DNA of 54,421 bases, from IMG/VR virus record IMGVR_UViG_3300021061_000218, positions 1 through 54,421 of that record. One strand, written 5' to 3'. The stretch is from a virus. Its lineage: Duplodnaviria > Caudoviricetes. Position numbers and translations under genes: made by a program. Below, piece by piece: positions 45,289 to 53,475 of this stretch; the stretch's first letter is position 1; each line of letters starts with the position of its first letter. The notes beneath the pieces were generated by a model, which saw nothing but the letters and a program-made list of their open reading frames with translations, was not told the DNA's origin and made no database searches.

Positions 45289-46196
45289 TGTTCAAGAAGT
45301 ACCCGCACCTTGAAAGATTCGGCACGGATGAAGTGGAGGATATCCAGTTCGGCGAGTGCTATGTCTTCCCGAAGATCGACGGCACGAACGCCCAGCTGTG
45401 GAGCGAAGAGGGATTGCTAAGAGCAGGCAGCCGCAACAGAACGCTATCACTCGACAGTGACAATGCTGGCTTCTGCGCCTATGCGGTCTCGAATCAAAAG
45501 ATTGTGAAATTCTTAGAGAACAATCCACAATTGCGCCTCTTTGGAGAGTGGCTCGTCCCCCACTCGCTTAGGACCTACAGAGAGGAGGCCTGGAGGAAGT
45601 TCTACATCTTTGATGTCGCAACGGTGACAAGAGAGAGCGGAAATGACGAGCAGATCTATTTCATGCCCTACGGAGAGTACAAACCCCTCCTTGAGGCCGC
45701 CGGCCTCGACTACATTCCGGCGCTCTGCAAGATCACGAATGGCACTCTAGAGCAGTTCGAGGAAATGCTAGAGAAGAACACCTTCCTCATTAAGGACGGA
45801 GAAGGATTCGGCGAAGGCATCGTTATAAAGAACTACGCCTTCAAGAACAAGTTCCATCGAACCACCTGGGCAAAGATCATTCGCAATGAGTTCAAAGAGA
45901 CTCACGCTCACGCCTTCCGGTTGGCAGCGATAACCGGACAGAAGCTCCTTGAAGAAGAGATTGCAAAGGAGTTCGTCACGAAGTCTCTTGTGGAGAAGGA
46001 ATACGAGAAGATCAAGCTAGAGGATGGATGGAGCTCGAAGCTCATTCCCCGCCTCCTCAACACCGTCTTCCACAACATCGTGACAGAGGAAACGTGGAAC
46101 ATCTTAAAGAAGTACGAGTCTCCGAAGATCGACTTCAAGATGCTGCGCACCTACACATACAGGGTAACGAAAGAAGTTGCTCCCCATCTATTTTAA
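45288..46196 (+). CDS. RNA ligase, Rnl2-like
   Basis: KIDGTN (motif I), GSRNR, LFGEW, FYIFD, EGIVIKN, WAK. Confidence 0.88.
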   Translation: MFKKYPHLERFGTDEVEDIQFGECYVFPKIDGTNAQLWSEEGLLRAGSRNRTLSLDSDNAGFCAYAVSNQKIVKFLENNPQLRLFGEWLVPHSLRTYREEAWRKFYIFDVATVTRESGNDEQIYFMPYGEYKPLLEAAGLDYIPALCKITNGTLEQFEEMLEKNTFLIKDGEGFGEGIVIKNYAFKNKFHRTTWAKIIRNEFKETHAHAFRLAAITGQKLLEEEIAKEFVTKSLVEKEYEKIKLEDGWSSKLIPRLLNTVFHNIVTEETWNILKKYESPKIDFKMLRTYTYRVTKEVAPHLF

Positions 46197-46531
46197 TGGA
46201 GAACACTGCCGACCCCGTCGATCTCCAGCCGACCAAGAAGCCTTATAGGGATCTTGGGATCGAAGTCGGCGAATTAGTGCAGGAGAAAAACGAGGCTTAT
46301 GGGGATAGCTTTGGCAAAACTCCGGCAGTTTTGAAGATTATGTACCCGCAAGGCATCCGGCCCGATCAATACGACGATGTTCTCACCCAAATCCGAGTCC
46401 TGGATAAGCAATTTCGAATTGCTACGGACAAGGATGCCCTAGGAGAAAGCCCGTGGATGGATGTCGCCGGTTACGGGCTCCTTGGGTGGTCAAACGATAT
46501 AAAAGCAAAAGAATCATCTTCCAATAGTTAA
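46196..46531 (+). CDS. Nucleotide-modification-associated domain protein (DUF1599-like)
   Basis: KNEAYGDSF...R..DK..R...ESPW.D.AGY. Confidence 0.75.
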   Translation: MENTADPVDLQPTKKPYRDLGIEVGELVQEKNEAYGDSFGKTPAVLKIMYPQGIRPDQYDDVLTQIRVLDKQFRIATDKDALGESPWMDVAGYGLLGWSNDIKAKESSSNS

Positions 46532-46535
46532 GTGT

Positions 46536-46895
46536 ATGGCAGAACCGTACTACAACAACTTCACATACTCCGGCTTCTCCGACTGGGCCATCGCATCAGT
46601 CAGCTACGACGGCACTTGTACCGTCTCTTTCTCTACCCCTTCCCCCCTTTCCTTTCTTATGGGCACCTGTACAGATCTCGTAAAGAAATTCCGTAACTTC
46701 CTCTCCGACGCAGACACGAAGGTCTTAAAGAAGCAGAACTTCTTGGATGACTGTGGCAACATCACCGATGCCGGCATCCGAGTCTGGCTTGAAGATCAGA
46801 TGCGCAAAGAGGAGGTGAGAGCTCGCCTTGTCGAGATTGCCAAAGACCTCCAGAAGGAGGACGACAAAGATGCGAAGAAGTGCACGGACTGTTAA
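46536..46895 (+). CDS. Hypothetical protein
   Basis: C-terminal domain resembles that of 39635-40507. Confidence 0.7.
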   Translation: MAEPYYNNFTYSGFSDWAIASVSYDGTCTVSFSTPSPLSFLMGTCTDLVKKFRNFLSDADTKVLKKQNFLDDCGNITDAGIRVWLEDQMRKEEVRARLVEIAKDLQKEDDKDAKKCTDC

Positions 46896-46918
46896 TAGCA
46901 TTCGGACACGAAGCGAAG

Positions 46919-46949
46919 GAGCGGACAATTGAGAGTCCGCTCTTTTTTT
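46919..46949 (+). terminator. Intrinsic terminator
   Basis: GAGCGGAC/GTCCGCTC followed by T7. Confidence 0.8.
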
Positions 46950-46974
46950 GCTATAGTATGTTCACTTCCTAACT
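46929..46974 (+). promoter_or_regulatory. Promoter plus leader motif, overlapping the terminator
   Basis: TTGAGA-17-TATAGT, 6 nt, then ACTTCCTAACT. Confidence 0.65.
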
Positions 46975-47062
46975 GCTGCCGCCAATGTCGCAATTAAGCG
47001 TTTCATCGGTCCCGCTTTCAGGAAGCTGGCTGTCTCTACAAAGAGAGAGCTGCTGATCTTTG

Positions 47063-47555
47063 AAAGCACCGGACGCATTGAAAGTGTATTTAAACGGGGC
47101 GTGGCGGAATAGGTAGACGCTAGGAAAATGGGCGGCAGCCGCAAGGCTGTGTCGAGCCTAACGAGTCTCCATCGCCTGCGAGCGCATTACGGTGCCTTCG
47201 CAAGGCTGGAGACATGTAGGGTGACAATACGAGTTTTGGCTTAACGAGGACTGTCCTAGCCCAACAGCGAAAGCACACTTGTTACTCGTCAAATCCCTGC
47301 CGCCCCTATTAAAGAGCCCCGACTCTGGATTCCCGCCCACTGATCAGTTCCCCCCACGGGGGGATCGGGCGGCAGGGAAGGGGCTTCAAAGACCTCCAGA
47401 TGATTCCACTCCTGAGCCACGAAACGTAGATGAGTGGTGACCCGTACATGACGACGGATCCTCCGAATAGGCGGCGTCTGACTGCTGGCGGTGGAATCTT
47501 CGGGGGCCTTCATCCCCCATGACTCCCAGGTGGGAGAACTTGCGTCCGGTGTTTT
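47063..47555 (+). ncRNA. Large structured ncRNA
   Basis: Closed by a 15-bp stem, 47063-47077 with 47541-47555; many internal helices; no convincing ORF. Confidence 0.7.
47095..47308 (+). ncRNA. tRNA-like domain with expanded anticodon region and interrupted T loop
   Basis: GGGGCG-TG-GCGGAATAGGTAGACGC at the 5' side; GTAGGGT...CAAATCCCTGC-CGCCCC at the 3' side; no anticodon assignable. Confidence 0.7.
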
Positions 47556-47590
47556 TGCACCTTGTCTTTATTCATTCATTTTCTTTCTCC

Positions 47591-47845
47591 ATGTCTAAGA
47601 AGAAAGTCGAAAAGAAGAAGCCCGCAGTTGCGCAGCCTCCTGTGGCACCCGAGAAGAAGGCTCCTCAGACTCTAGAAGAGCACATCCATTTCGCTATCGA
47701 TGATGAGCTCTTAACGCTCCGTGAGAAGTACAAGATCGACAACGGGTCCATCTTCGCTCTCCAGATCATTCGCAACCAGAATAAGCAGCTCTCCTTCTTC
47801 CTGCGCCAGAGCCAGGTGAAGGCTTCCCAGGTAAATCAGAAGTGA
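47591..47845 (+). CDS. Hypothetical protein
   Basis: ATG after a pyrimidine-rich leader. Confidence 0.7.
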   Translation: MSKKKVEKKKPAVAQPPVAPEKKAPQTLEEHIHFAIDDELLTLREKYKIDNGSIFALQIIRNQNKQLSFFLRQSQVKASQVNQK

Positions 47846-48366
47846 GCTCCACCTTCACCTTCATGGGCATCGACCCGGGGCAGAACGGGGCAGTGGCTCT
47901 CCTAATGCCTGACGGCAGAACGGAGATCCATGACTTCCCTGTCTACCACGTGAAGGAGGGAAAGATGAATCGGGGGTACTACGACCTCCCAAGGCTCGTT
48001 GATCTCTTCGAGATGATCCTCGTGAAACACGCTCCAGTCCTCGCCATGATTGAAGACGGCATTGCGATGCCGAGTCAGAGCAGTGCCTCTACCAAGAGCA
48101 CGTTCCTCTCAATTGGGGCGCTCTGGGGCATCCTCGCAGCCTTGAAGGTGACGATGTACAGAACGAAGCCAAGTGCATGGAAGAAGTACTTAGGGCTATC
48201 CGAGAAGAGGGCGAAGGGAGAAGCCAAAGCTACCTCCAAAGAGAAGAAGGAGGATGCCATCGCCCTTGCCAAGAAGCTCTACCCCAAGGCTGACATTACG
48301 AAGAAGAAGCATGACGGGAGGGCAGAGGCTCTTTTAATCGCACATTTCCTCAAGAAGGTTATATGA
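47842..48366 (+). CDS. RuvC-like Holliday junction resolvase
   Basis: GIDPG..GA, IE, P..WKK, DGRAEALLIA. Confidence 0.9.
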   Translation: MSSTFTFMGIDPGQNGAVALLMPDGRTEIHDFPVYHVKEGKMNRGYYDLPRLVDLFEMILVKHAPVLAMIEDGIAMPSQSSASTKSTFLSIGALWGILAALKVTMYRTKPSAWKKYLGLSEKRAKGEAKATSKEKKEDAIALAKKLYPKADITKKKHDGRAEALLIAHFLKKVI

Positions 48367-48785
48367 CGCCGCTGCGATTCAGAGGGTGGAATATAGACAA
48401 TAAGGAGATGGACAATTTTGGTGATTACCTTTATTGGTTTGAGGAGAGAGGTATTGCGAGTGAAAAAGAAATTGGGATTTATGGATGGGTCATCATGCAA
48501 TCCACCGGCCTGAAGGACAAGAACGGGGTGGAGATATTTGAGGGGGATATCGTCGCTGACAGATTCCCGGCGGGGGAAGATATCGGAGAGGTCAAATGGG
48601 GAAACTTTTATGATATGGACGGCGAGTATTACCCGCAGATTAGTGGGCATCACGTACAGTGGCACAAGAAATGCTATGCCCCGAGCGATGAAACATTTAC
48701 CGATCATCTGTTGGGGCAGGTTAAGGCTCTGGAGGTGATAGGGAATATCTACGAGAACCCAGAGCTCCTTCCCGCCGCCAAATGA
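48363..48785 (+). CDS. YopX family protein
   Basis: FRGW, MQSTGLKDKNGVEIFEGDI, EVIGNIYENPELL. Confidence 0.93.
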   Translation: MTPLRFRGWNIDNKEMDNFGDYLYWFEERGIASEKEIGIYGWVIMQSTGLKDKNGVEIFEGDIVADRFPAGEDIGEVKWGNFYDMDGEYYPQISGHHVQWHKKCYAPSDETFTDHLLGQVKALEVIGNIYENPELLPAAK

Positions 48786-49288
48786 GCCCAGCCCTCTCTT
48801 CTCCCCTACCGGGATTTGGCGAGATGGAGTTCGCTCCTATTGATGTGGAGCGGTGCGTCATTGTGGACCTCGATGGCACACTCTCTAATCCCAAGAGCCG
48901 TATCCATCTTGTAACCGGAACAAAGAAGAAGGACTGGGATCAGTTCTTCAAAGAGGCCATTAATGACCCAGCCCACCACTGGTGCGTCCATCTCGTACGG
49001 ACTCTCTATCTCTGTGGCTATGACGTGAGCATTGTGACGGCACGGCCGGAGCGATGCCTGGATGACACGCTGGCATGGCTAGAGAAATACGGAGTCACCT
49101 ACGACACGATCTTCATGCGGAAGGATGGAGACAGGAGGCCTGACCATGTCGTAAAGAAGGCCATCTTCTTAGAGCACCTCCAAGGCAAGAACATTGAGTT
49201 CGTGATCGATGACCGGGAGGAGGTGGTGAAGATGTGGAGGGGGCTTGGATTGCAGTGTCTTCAGCCGAATCCTCACGACTTTAATTAA
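48782..49288 (+). CDS. HAD phosphatase, polynucleotide kinase 3'-phosphatase domain-like
   Basis: DLDGTL, TARPE, MRK.GD.RPD..VK, DDR..VV.MWR. Confidence 0.9.
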   Translation: MSPALSSPLPGFGEMEFAPIDVERCVIVDLDGTLSNPKSRIHLVTGTKKKDWDQFFKEAINDPAHHWCVHLVRTLYLCGYDVSIVTARPERCLDDTLAWLEKYGVTYDTIFMRKDGDRRPDHVVKKAIFLEHLQGKNIEFVIDDREEVVKMWRGLGLQCLQPNPHDFN

Positions 49289-49452
49289 TGGAAATACCAG
49301 ACCATATCGGCGCAGCCATTGATGGGGAGTGCATGCGAGTCTGGGGCGTCATCTCTCACTACAACAGGACGAGAGACACTGCTTACACCATGGAATCCAT
49401 CTTCAGTGAACATAAGACGAAGCTCAAAGAAATCTTCTCTTTCACCCCCTAA
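49288..49452 (+). CDS. 54-aa hypothetical protein (not in the ORF track)
   Basis: TAATG coupling; fills the operon gap. Confidence 0.55.
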   Translation: MEIPDHIGAAIDGECMRVWGVISHYNRTRDTAYTMESIFSEHKTKLKEIFSFTP

Positions 49453-49455
49453 TCC

Positions 49456-49749
49456 ATGTCCAAGTCCATCCGTACCGAATGCAAGAACCTCTCTGATGAA
49501 GAGCTGTATCAGAAATATAAGAACAGCTATTCGACTGATTATGATTTGTTCTGGCTGGATAAGTCGAAAGCCGAAGAAATAGCAACAGAGCTGGGGACCT
49601 CACCCTACATTCTTGAAAAGATCATCAGGCTGGAGAGCAGGGGAAGCAAGAAGCATTCCCAGTTTTCAGGGATAAATGTTGAGGCCCTGATGGCAGTGGG
49701 GGTCATTTTAGTTTTATTAAGCTCAGTCGTTTATTCCATAGGTTTATGA
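49456..49749 (+). CDS. Hypothetical protein with C-terminal TM
   Basis: Operonic; hydrophobic tail. Confidence 0.7.
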   Translation: MSKSIRTECKNLSDEELYQKYKNSYSTDYDLFWLDKSKAEEIATELGTSPYILEKIIRLESRGSKKHSQFSGINVEALMAVGVILVLLSSVVYSIGL

Positions 49750-49901
49750 CCCCCAAAAAGAAAGCACCGGCCCCGAAGCCCTGTCATTGCATGGGCCAAG
49801 GCTGCAACGCAAAGCCCGAGAATCCCTGCTGGTGTGACTGTCACTCCTCAGGTGCAGAGGGGTGCATGGGCGTTCCATTTTGTTCCTGCCTCAAGCGATG
49901 A
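49746..49901 (+). CDS. 51-aa Cys-rich peptide (9 Cys; not in the ORF track)
   Basis: ATGA overlaps at both ends. Confidence 0.6.
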   Translation: MTPKKKAPAPKPCHCMGQGCNAKPENPCWCDCHSSGAEGCMGVPFCSCLKR

Positions 49902-50410
49902 CCCACCTCTCCGCTTCGGACGTTGCCGAACCCCGTTCGGCTTGCTGTCGGGCTCCCGTGACCTCTGAGCCATGCTCTTGTTACTCCTCTACGATTGACA
50001 CCTGTCAGAAATGTCAGAGGCGCTGTGACCTCCTCCCCACCGAGCCCGAGGACCACACACTCACGATTCCCGCCGGAACGCTGAAGGAAGGTGAAGCGTT
50101 CAGATTCACAGCCGGTGGCGAACCCGACGACATCGAGAAGAGAATCGCTGCGCTTGAAAGCGAGTGTGGGAACCTGACGGACCTCTATTCGTTCAGCGAC
50201 GAGAAGCTGTTCGTTACTGCCACTCACGTTCCTTGGCTCTTGGCCCAGCTCCACGCATCGAGGCAGCGGGAGAAGAGGTATAGGGAGTCTCTGCATGACA
50301 TCGTCTTCTACGAGAAGGAGGTCCACGACTACGAGCCCCTGGATGCGAAAGCTGCCGACGAAATCGTGAAGATTGCTAAAGCCGCCCTATCCCCCCGACC
50401 CCATGAGTAA
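49898..50410 (+). CDS. Hypothetical protein with N-terminal Cys cluster
   Basis: S.CC.A...C.KC...C. Confidence 0.7.
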   Translation: MTHLSASDVAEPRSACCRAPVTSEPCSCYSSTIDTCQKCQRRCDLLPTEPEDHTLTIPAGTLKEGEAFRFTAGGEPDDIEKRIAALESECGNLTDLYSFSDEKLFVTATHVPWLLAQLHASRQREKRYRESLHDIVFYEKEVHDYEPLDAKAADEIVKIAKAALSPRPHE

Positions 50411-50693
50411 CCACTACGCAGCAGGAGACTATGCCGGACTCTCTGGCGGCGGATTCTCGTTCTATTACGGCTACGAGGAAACGAAGGATGATGACTGGGC
50501 GTTTGTGATGCGGAAAGACGACGTGGATGGCCCCAAGGAACTTGTCCGCTTCTCGGCAACCGAACTTGGAGTGCGCAATGGCGATGATCCGACAGAAGGT
50601 TTGCTGGCCGGAATCGCAAGAGCGTTAGATTTCCTCTACCGGAAGCCATCCCCCCCACCCCCATGCAGAGTGAACTCACCGACTCAGAGCTGA
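50403..50693 (+). CDS. Hypothetical protein
   Basis: Operonic. Confidence 0.65.
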   Translation: MSNHYAAGDYAGLSGGGFSFYYGYEETKDDDWAFVMRKDDVDGPKELVRFSATELGVRNGDDPTEGLLAGIARALDFLYRKPSPPPPCRVNSPTQS

Positions 50694-51040
50694 TCGAAGC
50701 CGTCGCCACGAAGCGTAAGAAATGGGATCGGGCGTACTACCAGCGGCACAAGGCGAAGATCCTCGCCCAACAGGCAGAGTACAGCCGGACGAAAGCGGGA
50801 CGTGGCGCCGAATACCGCAAGGCCAGAGCGTACGCCGCTAGACACCCTGAGAAGAGGTGGGCGCACGAGAAGGTGAAGGATGCTCTCCGGCGTGGAGACC
50901 TCATGAAAAGCCCGTGCGAAGAGTGCGGAAGTCTCAACGTTCAGGCGCACCACGACGATTACACGAAGCCGCTCTCGGTGCGATGGCTCTGCCGGAGGCA
51001 CCATCGTGCGTTTCATTCCGATCTCATCCATGCTGCATGA
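50663..51040 (+). CDS. HNH-type endonuclease
   Basis: PCEECG...AHHDDYTKPLSVRWLCRRHH. Confidence 0.85.
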   Translation: MQSELTDSELIEAVATKRKKWDRAYYQRHKAKILAQQAEYSRTKAGRGAEYRKARAYAARHPEKRWAHEKVKDALRRGDLMKSPCEECGSLNVQAHHDDYTKPLSVRWLCRRHHRAFHSDLIHAA

Positions 51041-51374
51041 AGAACTCACCGATCAACAGCTCATCTCTGAAGTCGCCACCCATGTGATGGGGTGGAAGAT
51101 GGAGGAGGGGTCATGGTTCGATATGAAGCGGCCAGAAAATCATTGGTGGGTCTCTGACTGTAGAGACTGGAACCCCCTCACCGACTGGAACCACTGGCGA
51201 GAAGTCGAAGAGAAGCTGATGGAGCGTACGTCGGTGTTCTGGAGATTCGTGGACGAGATACTGAAGATCGGAAATCGAGGACCAAACTACTACCCCCCGG
51301 AGTTTAATTCTGACCTCCGCACCCGCTGCCTCGCCGCCCTTGCTGCTGTTTCCCCCCAGACCAATGCCCAGTGA
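51030..51374 (+). CDS. Phage ABA-sandwich-like protein
   Basis: VA..VMGW, WNPLTD, CLAAL. Confidence 0.6.
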   Translation: MLHEELTDQQLISEVATHVMGWKMEEGSWFDMKRPENHWWVSDCRDWNPLTDWNHWREVEEKLMERTSVFWRFVDEILKIGNRGPNYYPPEFNSDLRTRCLAALAAVSPQTNAQ

Positions 51375-51810
51375 GCCCAAGTCAAAAGTCTGCCCATGCT
51401 GCGGCCTGACCGAGAACGGCATGACGCCTGATGAGGAAGCGGAGATCTTGCGGAGGTCCAAGGAGACCGACGGCTGGTCCTCCGCCAGCGCCGAGGAATT
51501 GCACGACGATATTCTGTCGGCACCCCGCACCCTGAGAGACGAGATTCTGGAGTTTGAGGGAAGTTTCGTTCGAGAATGCACTCACAGAAACCCCGATTCC
51601 CCAGAATTTGACGACATGGACGAATGGTATTTTTGTCAGACGTGCTTCGTTCAATTCATCCAGGGGATCATCGACCGTGAGAGACGCAAGGGCTTCCGTG
51701 CTGGATGGGATATCACGGGCGAAGGCTACAACGCCGAGTGCGCCAATATCCTGGACTATGACGCCCACCTTGACGAGAAGTACTCCGAACTGTTCCCCCA
51801 GCCAGAATGA
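51364..51810 (+). CDS. Hypothetical protein
   Basis: Operonic; GW..TGEGYN.E. Confidence 0.7.
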   Translation: MPSEPKSKVCPCCGLTENGMTPDEEAEILRRSKETDGWSSASAEELHDDILSAPRTLRDEILEFEGSFVRECTHRNPDSPEFDDMDEWYFCQTCFVQFIQGIIDRERRKGFRAGWDITGEGYNAECANILDYDAHLDEKYSELFPQPE

Positions 51811-51893
51811 AGACCCCAGACTTTCTCATCGCACTGTTTGGCTCCGTGGCCGTGCTTCTCACCCTCTACATTTCCGTTCTGATCCTCGTATGA
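51807..51893 (+). CDS. 28-aa membrane peptide (not in the ORF track)
   Basis: MKTPDFLIALFGSVAVLLTLYISVLILV; ATGA overlaps at both ends. Confidence 0.55.
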   Translation: MKTPDFLIALFGSVAVLLTLYISVLILV

Positions 51894-52291
51894 AGACCCA
51901 GCTCGAAGAACTCAAAGCCTCACAGCTTCAACAAGTAACAGAGGCCATCGTGAAGGCGGTGCCGGAGATCGTGAACAGGCGCCATTCCGAATCTGACATT
52001 GAGGAGGGTTATCACGGCTGGTGTCGGAGGTGCGGCAAAGAGTTGGTTACGAGAAATGACGAAGATGCTGACTGTCTCCGCCCCATCCTCTTTGAAGACG
52101 TGCTGAGGGCAGCGTGCGCAAAGGGCGTCCACACCAGGTACGGTGACTGGAAGATCCACGGCACCATCGACGAGAAGGCGTGCTTCTATGCAGCGGACGG
52201 TGAAGCATTGGGGAACTGGACCCTCGGCCAGCCTCTCTCCTCCCAGCCCCCAGAGACCATTGCCTTCCTTCACTCCCTCCTCATCCCATGA
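51890..52291 (+). CDS. Hypothetical protein
   Basis: ATG 51890; RPI..EDVL, W.L..PL..Q. Confidence 0.7.
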   Translation: MKTQLEELKASQLQQVTEAIVKAVPEIVNRRHSESDIEEGYHGWCRRCGKELVTRNDEDADCLRPILFEDVLRAACAKGVHTRYGDWKIHGTIDEKACFYAADGEALGNWTLGQPLSSQPPETIAFLHSLLIP

Positions 52292-52569
52292 AGACCCCTC
52301 AGGACATCATCGAAATTGTTAAGGAGCTGCAAGACTTCATGGAGACGGGCAAGAAGGTCTCCCGGACCGAAAAGACAGTGCAATGCCGAGAGGTCCCGGA
52401 ATCGTTGTATCTATTCTGGCAGCACGTCACGAAGCATTTCCCCGCCATCGCAGAAGCCCTTCAGATCGCCGTGGAGGCGCTGGATTTCTACGAGAGCGAG
52501 TACGACAACGGTATAAATACAACCGCTGACATAGCGCTCCAGAAGATCCGTTCCCTTCAGACCCCATGA
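52288..52569 (+). CDS. Hypothetical protein
   Basis: ATGA coupling. Confidence 0.7.
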   Translation: MKTPQDIIEIVKELQDFMETGKKVSRTEKTVQCREVPESLYLFWQHVTKHFPAIAEALQIAVEALDFYESEYDNGINTTADIALQKIRSLQTP

Positions 52570-52961
52570 AGCCCGAAGAGATCCAGAAGCTCCTAACGGA
52601 GATCGGCGAGTACGGCAGCTACGACCTGAAGGTGTCCGAGAACTTCCCGGAATGGCCCAAGCTCCTCGCCTACATCCGCCAGTTGGAGCAGGCCAATGAG
52701 GAATTGCGTTTATTGAACAACTCCGTGTTCAACGTCTCTCGACGAGAGGGATTAGCCCAGAAGCAACGCAGTGACGAAGTGGATTCAGTCCTCCAGATGG
52801 CGGTAGAGGCGCTGGAGGACATTGAAATTGAACATGATGACTTTGATGGTGAAACGGAACCAGATTATGAGGACTGGGAAGAGTATCTGATGTCGATGGA
52901 GACGAAGAGGCAACTGGCGATTATGGTCCTCCAGAAGATCCGTTCCCTCCAGGCCCCATGA
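52566..52961 (+). CDS. Hypothetical protein
   Basis: ATGA coupling; C-terminus paralogous to the previous gene. Confidence 0.7.
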   Translation: MKPEEIQKLLTEIGEYGSYDLKVSENFPEWPKLLAYIRQLEQANEELRLLNNSVFNVSRREGLAQKQRSDEVDSVLQMAVEALEDIEIEHDDFDGETEPDYEDWEEYLMSMETKRQLAIMVLQKIRSLQAP

Positions 52962-53158
52962 CCGCCCCCACACCGAAGGCAGAGGACGTGAAGCCCTACG
53001 GTTTCATGTTCATCGAGGGGTACACCTGCAAACACTGCGGGAACACTCTGCTCTCAATCTACGGCTTCGCCAGACAGACCGGAGAGGACGAACCCATCGA
53101 CAAGCAGCTCTCTGAGTTTCGTGCCTGCCCCTGCCGTCTTTCCCCTCCCTCAGCATGA
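52958..53158 (+). CDS. Small zinc-ribbon-like protein
   Basis: CxxC and CxC. Confidence 0.6.
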   Translation: MTAPTPKAEDVKPYGFMFIEGYTCKHCGNTLLSIYGFARQTGEDEPIDKQLSEFRACPCRLSPPSA

Positions 53159-53475
53159 GCGACTACCAGGACAACGACAGCGGCCCCTTCGTGACCCCCC
53201 AGAGCTGTAAGCACGAGCGGACGCATTCTGAATTCAGCACCTACCCCATGGTGGAAGTGAAGAGGGTGTGTACCGAGTGTGGCTCCGTTCTCTTAGACAT
53301 CCTCAAGCAGAAGCCCCCCGACTGGATTCGGGAGAGGGCCAGGGAGCTGGAAAGAGAAGACTGGGAAAAGAGAGGCCGAAAAGGCCCCCGCCCCTTTGAT
53401 CATTGGCAATCATTTGAGCGTGATGCGGTCTTCGAATACCTCGACTCCCAAGCCGGATTCCCCCCGAAGGGATGA
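53155..53475 (+). CDS. Hypothetical protein
   Basis: CxH...CxxC; ATGA coupling. Confidence 0.65.
   Translation: MSDYQDNDSGPFVTPQSCKHERTHSEFSTYPMVEVKRVCTECGSVLLDILKQKPPDWIRERARELEREDWEKRGRKGPRPFDHWQSFERDAVFEYLDSQAGFPPKG

Noticed and set aside
47095-47308. Canonical tRNA-Leu, tmRNA or group I intron-containing tRNA
   Set aside because: No 7-nt anticodon loop, no G3-U70 pair or tag ORF, and the inserts are too short for a group I core.
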